From NCBI GenBank assembly GCA_905215225.1, contig CAJMPM010000001.1:1-33296 (forward strand): 33,296 nt of DNA, given 5' to 3'. The position numbers were made by a program, and so were the translations under genes. Source of the stretch: an uncultured bacterium (GTDB taxonomy: Bacteria > Actinomycetota > Coriobacteriia > Coriobacteriales > Coriobacteriaceae). Positions 26,363-33,296 of the stretch are shown piece by piece. Each line of letters starts with the position of its first letter. The first letter of the stretch is position 1. The notes below the pieces were generated by a model. It was not told the origin of the DNA and ran no database searches. It saw nothing but the letters and a program-made list of their open reading frames with translations.

Positions 26363-27716
26363 GGCTTATAGGACAAAATGTGTGTCCCGATAGAACATCC
26401 GTTTCTATCCATTAATCAAGCCAGAACGGGTACGGGTCCCTGTGGTGGAGGTCCTCCCACACGGCCCTGTCGCCCCACTCCGGCCCTCCGTCCTCGCGCG
26501 ACGGCGAGGCGGAGTAGACGCTGAACAGGAAGTCGATGTCCGCGTCGGTCGGCATCGCGGCGAGCTTCTCGCGCGCCGTCCTCGCGTCCCCCGAGTGCGC
26601 GTGGCACCACCAGAACACCGCCTTCACGCGCTTGACCGACGTCAGCCCCCGGTGGTTGCGCAGGACGGCCCTCAGCTGCGAGTTCACCCCTCCCTCGATC
26701 ATGTTGTTGGTCGACGGCAGCGGGCCGGCCTTGGCTAGGGCGGGGTCGAGGTAGGTGAACAGCGTCCCCGCCGACACCAGCGACGACAGCGACGAGCGCG
26801 CCCGCCTCAGCCTCTCGTGGGTGTAGACCCTCCTGCCGTCCACCACGGTCCTGTCCTCCAGGAAGTCGGCCCAGAACCCGCACCAGTCGAGGTAGCGCTC
26901 GACCCAGAGCTCGGCCTGGTGCAGCGTCTCGATGCCCATGAGGTCGCGCGCGATGAGGTAGAGCTCGCGCCCCGCCTGGAGCTTCGGCCGCGTCGTCGTG
27001 TAGCGCTTGACCTGCGAGAAGGCGTGGAAGGTGCACCTCTGGACCCTGGTGCGCGGCCAGGTCTCGCGCACGGCCTTGGCGAACCCGCTCCCGCCGTCGG
27101 TGACGACCACCTCGGGCGCCGGGATCGGCGACATGAGGGCCGACCACGCCCTCGAGTTCTCCGACCTCGCCATGTACCAGGAGACCACCCTCTCGCCGCT
27201 GCAGCATATGAGCACGACGAGGTCGCGCGCGACCCAGATCCCGTCGACGTGGAGCACGCGGTGCAGCTCGCCGTCGGGGACGGGCATCGGCCAGACCTCC
27301 CAGAACTCGGCCGTCCTGCGCCTGAAGGACCGCCCGCCGCCCGGCATCGCCGCCTGGGAGTCCTTGGAGAGGAGCCACCCGAGGAACTCGTCCAGCCTCG
27401 TCGCCGTGTCGTCGTACCTCACCGTCGTCGACGCGCCGCAGGCCGTGCACCTCCACCGCTGGGACCCCGATGAGGTCCTGCCGTTGCGCTTGGTCCGACC
27501 GCCGCAGTAGGGGCAATAAACGGCCTTCATGGGCACCTCTTCCGAAAGGATATTTAACGGTTCCGGAAAAGGTTATCTACCTGCGGGAACGATAGGCAAC
27601 CGGACACACATTCTGTCCGAGCGGTTAAAAGCGGGCACGGAATTTAAACGGCTGAAAAAGGGGCATCTACCTGCGCCGATGCCCCCAACGTGGACACACA
27701 TTTTGTCCTATAAGCC
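26363..27716 (-). mobile_element. IS256-family (IS1249-like) insertion sequence, 1354 bp
   Basis: Perfect 25-bp TIRs GGCTTATAGGACAAAATGTGTGTCC (26363-26387) and GGACACACATTTTGTCCTATAAGCC (27692-27716) enclosing one transposase gene. Confidence 0.93.
26412..27530 (-). CDS. IS1249-like (IS256/mutator family) DDE transposase
   Basis: N-terminal zinc ribbon CPYC...WRCTAC, LHVDGIW, VVTDGGSG, VQRCTFH, TNNMIEGGVN. Start is ATG 27530 or GTG 27536. Confidence 0.92.
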   Translation of the reverse strand: MKAVYCPYCGGRTKRNGRTSSGSQRWRCTACGASTTVRYDDTATRLDEFLGWLLSKDSQAAMPGGGRSFRRRTAEFWEVWPMPVPDGELHRVLHVDGIWVARDLVVLICCSGERVVSWYMARSENSRAWSALMSPIPAPEVVVTDGGSGFAKAVRETWPRTRVQRCTFHAFSQVKRYTTTRPKLQAGRELYLIARDLMGIETLHQAELWVERYLDWCGFWADFLEDRTVVDGRRVYTHERLRRARSSLSSLVSAGTLFTYLDPALAKAGPLPSTNNMIEGGVNSQLRAVLRNHRGLTSVKRVKAVFWWCHAHSGDARTAREKLAAMPTDADIDFLFSVYSASPSREDGGPEWGDRAVWEDLHHRDPYPFWLD

Positions 27717-27799
27717 CAGATAACAAATACGTTACCCGAGTCGGAAAGCTAAATATCACGCAATGAACCGCAACTCGCTTCTATCGGCGAACGGTAGGT

Positions 27800-27925
27800 A
27801 GTAGCTAAAAAAGCCCCGTCCCAAATTAGCTACTTTGGGCAAAAAGAAAGCCGGGCAGGTGCGGAAAACCGCACCTGCCCGGCGATATGCGTGAGGGTAG
27901 CTAAACCCCGTCTCAAATGAGCTAC
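27800..27925. repeat. Two small CCCCGTCYC-loop hairpins flanking the rsfS terminator
   Basis: GTAGCTAAAAAAGCCCCGTCCCAAATTAGCTAC (27801-27833) and GTAGCTAAACCCCGTCTCAAATGAGCTAC (27897-27925). Confidence 0.8.
27841..27883 (-). terminator. Rho-independent terminator of the obgE-nadD-yqeK-rsfS operon
   Basis: GCCGGGCAGGTGCGG-aaaa-CCGCACCTGCCCGGC perfect 15-bp stem, followed on the minus strand by TTTCTTTTT. Confidence 0.85.
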
Positions 27926-28380
27926 TAGAGGAGGTTGAGGGGGAGCTGGGGAGCGTCTCCCCAGAGTTTCTCGAGGCGGTAGAAGTCGCGGGCTTCGGGA
28001 GTGAAGACGTGGACGACAACCGAACCGTAGTCCATGAGCATCCAGGTCTTCTGCTCGCGACCCTCGATGGAGAACGGGTGCTCGCCGCAAGCCTCGGCGA
28101 CCTTCTCCTCGATCTCGTCGACGATAGAATCGACCTGGCGGTTGTTGGTACCGGTGGCAAGCACAAAGTAGTCGCATACGTCGGAAAGCTCGGTCAGGTC
28201 GAGCACCTGAACGTCCTCGCCCTTCTTGTCGTAGGCGGCCTGTGCGGCGGCGCGGGCGACATCCTCGGCGGCGACACCGCTCGCGGACAGCGAGGCGGCA
28301 GTGCGGTCGGACGTGGCGGCGAAGCTCTTGTGCTCCACACCTTCAAGAATCTGCTCGTCGGTCATGGTCTCGTCGGCCAT
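27925..28380 (-). CDS. rsfS: Ribosome silencing factor
   Basis: AAYDKKGEDV.VLDL, DYFVLATG.NNRQV, W.LMDYGSVVVHVF..EARDFYRLEKLW.DAP. Confidence 0.95.
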   Translation of the reverse strand: MADETMTDEQILEGVEHKSFAATSDRTAASLSASGVAAEDVARAAAQAAYDKKGEDVQVLDLTELSDVCDYFVLATGTNNRQVDSIVDEIEEKVAEACGEHPFSIEGREQKTWMLMDYGSVVVHVFTPEARDFYRLEKLWGDAPQLPLNLL

Positions 28381-28407
28381 GGAATACCTCTTTCTAGACA
28401 GCCCGAG

Positions 28408-29016
28408 CTAGCGCAGCTGGGCGTAATGGTTGTAAATCGTAATAGCCGTGGGATAAAGATAACGCCCGGTCTGGATCACATAGACCAGACCCTGCGCAAA
28501 ACAGGAGAAGAACAACTCGTCGAGCGAGGACTTCCCCACCATCTTGCGCAGCGCATGGGCATAATCGCCGTGGCGGTTGGGTTCGATGGCATCGGCCACA
28601 AAGACCACCATATCGAGCGGCGTCATGTCGCAAGCACCCACGGTGTGACGGTCGACAGCCTGAAAGACCGCCGGCGACAGCTCGGGAAAAAGCTGCGGAA
28701 GCTCATAGGCGGCAACCGGGCCATGCAAAAGCGGCGTCGCGGCGGAAGGAGAGCCGGCAATCTTAATGCCGTAATGCAGAGCGCGCGTGACCAGCTCGTC
28801 GTCGGAGAGCACCTTGTCCCAGTCATGGATCAGGCCGGCGGCAGCGGCATCAAAGCGGTCGACACCGTACACCTCGGCTAGGCGCAACGCAGTCTCGGCA
28901 ACCCCGAGCGAATGCACGTAGCGCTTACGCTTATCCTTCATGCGAACATCGAGCAACTCGTGGATACGCGTCAAGAGCGCGCGCTCGTCGCCCTCAAACT
29001 GATCTTCTACCGACAA
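28408..29016 (-). CDS. yqeK: YqeK-type HD hydrolase (symmetrical Ap4A hydrolase)
   Basis: KRYVHSLGV, AGLIHDWDK, LLHGPVAA, RHTVG, VFVADAIEP.R. Located next to nadD. Confidence 0.88.
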   Translation of the reverse strand: MSVEDQFEGDERALLTRIHELLDVRMKDKRKRYVHSLGVAETALRLAEVYGVDRFDAAAAGLIHDWDKVLSDDELVTRALHYGIKIAGSPSAATPLLHGPVAAYELPQLFPELSPAVFQAVDRHTVGACDMTPLDMVVFVADAIEPNRHGDYAHALRKMVGKSSLDELFFSCFAQGLVYVIQTGRYLYPTAITIYNHYAQLR

Positions 29017-29028
29017 CGTTCTCCCCTA

Positions 29029-29706
29029 TCAATCAAAATCGTCTTGCCCAAGATCGGCATACAGGCCGCGTTTACGGATATAGCCGAGCACGGACTCGCT
29101 CGTAAGATAGCGCACGCTCATGCCGCGGGCAACTCGCTTACGAATGTTCGTCGAGCTAATCGCCAGCGCCGGGATCTGGATATACCGCACGTCAAACGGC
29201 AGGCCCGACTCTTTGATTCGCGCGCGAGCAGTATCGATATCAAAGCCTGGTCGCGTCGCAGCAATAAAGGTTGCCAGTTCGGCAATCTCATCAGCATTGT
29301 GCCAGGTCACTATATCGATAATCGCATCAGCACCCGTAATAAAGTAAAGCTTTACCTGAGGCGGGTAAAAGTCGCGCAGGGCGCGCAGCGTATCGGCTGT
29401 ATAGGTGACACCGGCACGATCGATCTCGAAGCGGCTTGCCAAAAAGGCCGGGTTCGCGGCGGTCGCGAGGACCGTCATGGCATAACGGTCCGCGGCCGGC
29501 GTCACCGGTTTGTCGAGTTTAAAGGCAGGCGAGCCCGCCGGCATAAAGAGCACGGCGTCCAAGTCGAGGGACTCACGTGCCTGCTCGGCGGTCACCAGGT
29601 GACCGTAATGGATGGGGTCAAAGGTACCGCCCATAATGCCGAGCCTAAACTCCCGCCCGTCCTCTATGGGAAGCTCGGGCAGACCGATTCCACCGCGCAG
29701 CGACAT
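29029..29706 (-). CDS. nadD: Nicotinate-nucleotide adenylyltransferase
   Basis: GIMGGTFDPIHYGHL, TYTADTL, FITGADA, ISSTNIR. Confidence 0.96.
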   Translation of the reverse strand: MSLRGGIGLPELPIEDGREFRLGIMGGTFDPIHYGHLVTAEQARESLDLDAVLFMPAGSPAFKLDKPVTPAADRYAMTVLATAANPAFLASRFEIDRAGVTYTADTLRALRDFYPPQVKLYFITGADAIIDIVTWHNADEIAELATFIAATRPGFDIDTARARIKESGLPFDVRYIQIPALAISSTNIRKRVARGMSVRYLTSESVLGYIRKRGLYADLGQDDFD

Positions 29707-29709
29707 GGC

Positions 29710-31218
<1,509 letters not shown>

Positions 31219-31291
31219 CTACAAAAAAGAGGGAGACCCTTGAATCCTAAAACTCAAGTGCCTCCCACATATGTGCTCTATGAAGGGTGAA

Positions 31292-31549
31292 TTACGCGTT
31301 CGCGAGCGGGCGTACGCTGACCCTGTGCTTGATACCCTTGTGGAACTCAACGGTACCGTCGACCAGCGCGAACAGCGTGTCGTCCTTACCACGGCCAACG
31401 TTCTCACCCGGGTGGATGTGCGTGCCGTGCTGACGGACGAGAATCGTGCCCGTGGTTACCGTCTGGCCGGCATAGCGCTTCGTGCCAAGGCGCTGACCGC
31501 GGGAGTCACGGCCATTACGGGAGGAACCGAGTCCTTTTTTGTGTGCCAT
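31292..31549 (-). CDS. rpmA: 50S ribosomal protein L27
   Basis: [16 protein letters not shown]...ILVRQHGT...GKDDTLFAL. Confidence 0.98.
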   Translation of the reverse strand: MAHKKGLGSSRNGRDSRGQRLGTKRYAGQTVTTGTILVRQHGTHIHPGENVGRGKDDTLFALVDGTVEFHKGIKHRVSVRPLANA

Positions 31550-31582
31550 TGTGTATACCTACTCTTTCGTTACGAGTGTAAT

Positions 31583-31957
31583 CTACTCGGCGACGGGAGC
31601 CTCGGCAACAGCCTCGGCCTCTGCCTTGACAGCCTTCTTGGCGCGGGACGTAGCCTGGACCTTCACGATCTTCAGCTTGGTGAGCTGCTGACGGTGACCC
31701 TTCAGACGACGATAGCGCTTGCGCTTGTGGAACTTGAAGACCAGCTGCTTCTCGCCCTTGAACTGCTCAACGATCTGAGCGGTAACCTTGGCCTTGGCCA
31801 GCTTGTCGGGATCGGTGACGATCTTCTTACCATCGTTGAGGAAGATACCCGGCAGGGTGATCTTGTCGCCCTCATTGCCCTCGATCTTCTCGACGGTGAT
31901 GACATCGTCGGTGGCGACCTTGTACTGCTTGCCGCCCGTGTAAACGATTGCGTACAT
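31583..31957 (-). CDS. rplU: 50S ribosomal protein L21
   Basis: MYAIVYTGGKQYKV...KRYRRLKGHRQQLT. Confidence 0.97.
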   Translation of the reverse strand: MYAIVYTGGKQYKVATDDVITVEKIEGNEGDKITLPGIFLNDGKKIVTDPDKLAKAKVTAQIVEQFKGEKQLVFKFHKRKRYRRLKGHRQQLTKLKIVKVQATSRAKKAVKAEAEAVAEAPVAE

Positions 31958-31999
31958 GTTTACTTGCCCTTCATGCATCAGTTAGTGCAACAGCCGAAT

Positions 32000-32028
32000 A
32001 TAGTAGCAGGCGAAAATACCCCCGTCAA
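32000..32028 (-). promoter_or_regulatory. sigma70-type promoter of rplU-rpmA
   Basis: Minus strand TTGACG-N17-TACTAT. The -35 box overlaps the upstream gene's TGA stop. Confidence 0.75.
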
Positions 32029-32837
32029 CGAGTATGTGGAGCAAATCCACAAGTTCGCACAGGTATGGGGCTGACGAGTCGGCCCTCGTCGTCCTCGCAT
32101 GCTTGATTCTGACGCTCGACATCGTAGGAGCAGATGGTCACGAGGTCTTGCATACCGGTGGAAACAATAGGTGCATCCACGCCCGGGGTCAAGCCCTGCA
32201 ACAAAACATCAGCAGCAGAAAGCAAAATTTCCGGACGCATAGAGCCCTCGTTGTCGGCATGGGTGTCGAGCATGAGAACCAAATGGTCCGGGCGCTCCCC
32301 CGCCGTGAGCTCATAGCCAACGAGCGTGTGATCCAAATCCAAGCGCTTGCTCTTTTTGCCGCGCGCGTAGTCGATGCCATGGTCCGCGCGCAGCGTGTCG
32401 ATCGCACGACGCACCTCGTCGGCGCTTACGGGCGCCTCGGGATCCAAGTGCAGGTCGATGCGATACGACAGGCGCGTGAGCTGCGCCGTCAATGCCGGCG
32501 TGCGCACGTCGATGTACGCCGCCTCGATGGGCGCCAGATCGGCCGGAGACGCCGCAGCCAGGCGCTCAAACGCCTCGTCGAGCGCCACGAACTCGGTCAT
32601 AAACAGGTCATACCACTCGCAGGTCGACGACGTACCAACCGGTAGCGCCGAAGAGAAGCCCACGCGCATGTGCGGAGAGAAGCCCTGCGTGACGGCATAG
32701 GGAAGTCCCGCACGGCGCACGATGCGCTCAATGGTATGGATCACTTCGAGATGGCCCAGGTACTTAAGACGGTCGCGCTTGCCATAGCGAACGCGAAGCC
32801 TAAAGAGCGTGGGGTTGTCGGTCAGGCGTTCACTCAT
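32025..32837 (-). CDS. TIGR03936-family radical SAM-associated protein (DUF2344)
   Basis: RLRVRYGK..RLKYLGHLE, RRAGLPYAVTQGFSPH, SALPVG.SS.CE. Overlaps the radical SAM gene by 4 bp (ATGA). Confidence 0.88.
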   Translation of the reverse strand: MSERLTDNPTLFRLRVRYGKRDRLKYLGHLEVIHTIERIVRRAGLPYAVTQGFSPHMRVGFSSALPVGTSSTCEWYDLFMTEFVALDEAFERLAAASPADLAPIEAAYIDVRTPALTAQLTRLSYRIDLHLDPEAPVSADEVRRAIDTLRADHGIDYARGKKSKRLDLDHTLVGYELTAGERPDHLVLMLDTHADNEGSMRPEILLSAADVLLQGLTPGVDAPIVSTGMQDLVTICSYDVERQNQACEDDEGRLVSPIPVRTCGFAPHTR

Positions 32838-33295
32838 GCGCGATCACCCACCAATACATTCTTGGCATGGAGCGTGGGGCAGATTCCGCAGCCGGTGCAC
32901 GAGGTGCGGGTACAGTCGGGCGTCGTGACACCCTCCAGCGAGCGGCGGTATTCGCGCTCGAGGAAGCCGCGCGAGCAGCCGGGACTCACGTGCTCCCAGG
33001 GCAGGCGCCAGTCCAGTTCGTAGGGCAGGTGCACGAGCTCGTTGAGATCGATACCGTTTTTGGCCGCCGCCTCTTTCCAGTTATCGAGCGAGAAATGCTC
33101 CACCCAGGCGTCAAAACGCGAACCGGCACGCCAGGCATCGATGATGACCGGCGTCATGTCACGGCCGGCGCGAGACAGCGCGGCCTCGACGAGCGAGGTT
33201 TCGGCATCGTGGTAGTGCACGCGGACCGCACGGTTGCGAACGCTCGTGATGAGGAGCTTCTGACGGCGCTTGACATCGTCGTAATCGAGCTGTGG
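32834..33295 (-). CDS. TIGR03960-family B12-binding radical SAM protein, C-terminal part (5' end outside the window)
   Basis: EAALSRAGR, G.RFDAW.EHF, LPWEHV.PG, TPDCTRTSCTGCGIC. The frame stays open to the window edge. Confidence 0.85.
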   Translation of the reverse strand, partial: PQLDYDDVKRRQKLLITSVRNRAVRVHYHDAETSLVEAALSRAGRDMTPVIIDAWRAGSRFDAWVEHFSLDNWKEAAAKNGIDLNELVHLPYELDWRLPWEHVSPGCSRGFLEREYRRSLEGVTTPDCTRTSCTGCGICPTLHAKNVLVGDRA

Positions 33296-33296
33296 G

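Noticed and set aside
26416..27516. 366-aa same-strand alternative-frame ORF overlapping the transposase
   Set aside because: Arg/Gly/Ala/Pro-rich with no motif. Expected from the extreme GC3 bias of the transposase gene.
26190..27924. Possible tRNA genes in the spacers flanking the IS
   Set aside because: No cloverleaf, T-loop GTTCRA or CCA end found on either strand.

Overview
High-GC bacterial chromosome segment. Gene content, gene order and the intergenic repeats fit a Coriobacteriia gut actinobacterium (Collinsella-like; this is an inference). Almost all genes are on the minus strand. From left to right: (1) a truncated DUF4931/GalT-like gene and cutC; (2) a ~10 kb sugar-amine (Amadori compound / fructoselysine-type) utilisation cluster with two GntR/HutC regulators, YitT, a HAD phosphatase, two FrlB-like SIS deglycases, mannose-family PTS IIAB/IIC/IID and an EamA transporter; (3) GNAT, threonine aldolase, PAP2, mfd, nth, an ABC half-transporter, rmuC and two hypothetical membrane proteins; (4) rubrerythrin, a MutY-like glycosylase lacking the Fe-S motif, and an Rrf2 regulator; (5) a complete IS256-family (IS1249-like) element with perfect 25-bp TIRs but no target-site duplication; (6) the housekeeping block rsfS-yqeK-nadD-obgE-rpmA-rplU-TIGR03936-TIGR03960 (last gene partial). 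The most unusual non-coding signals are a family of small hairpins that share a GGGAC/GTCCC core while their stems differ (two copies supply stop codons), two copies of a ~175-bp structured element with covarying stems, and recurrent operator-like boxes in the catabolic cluster. No rRNA, tRNA or CRISPR array was seen.
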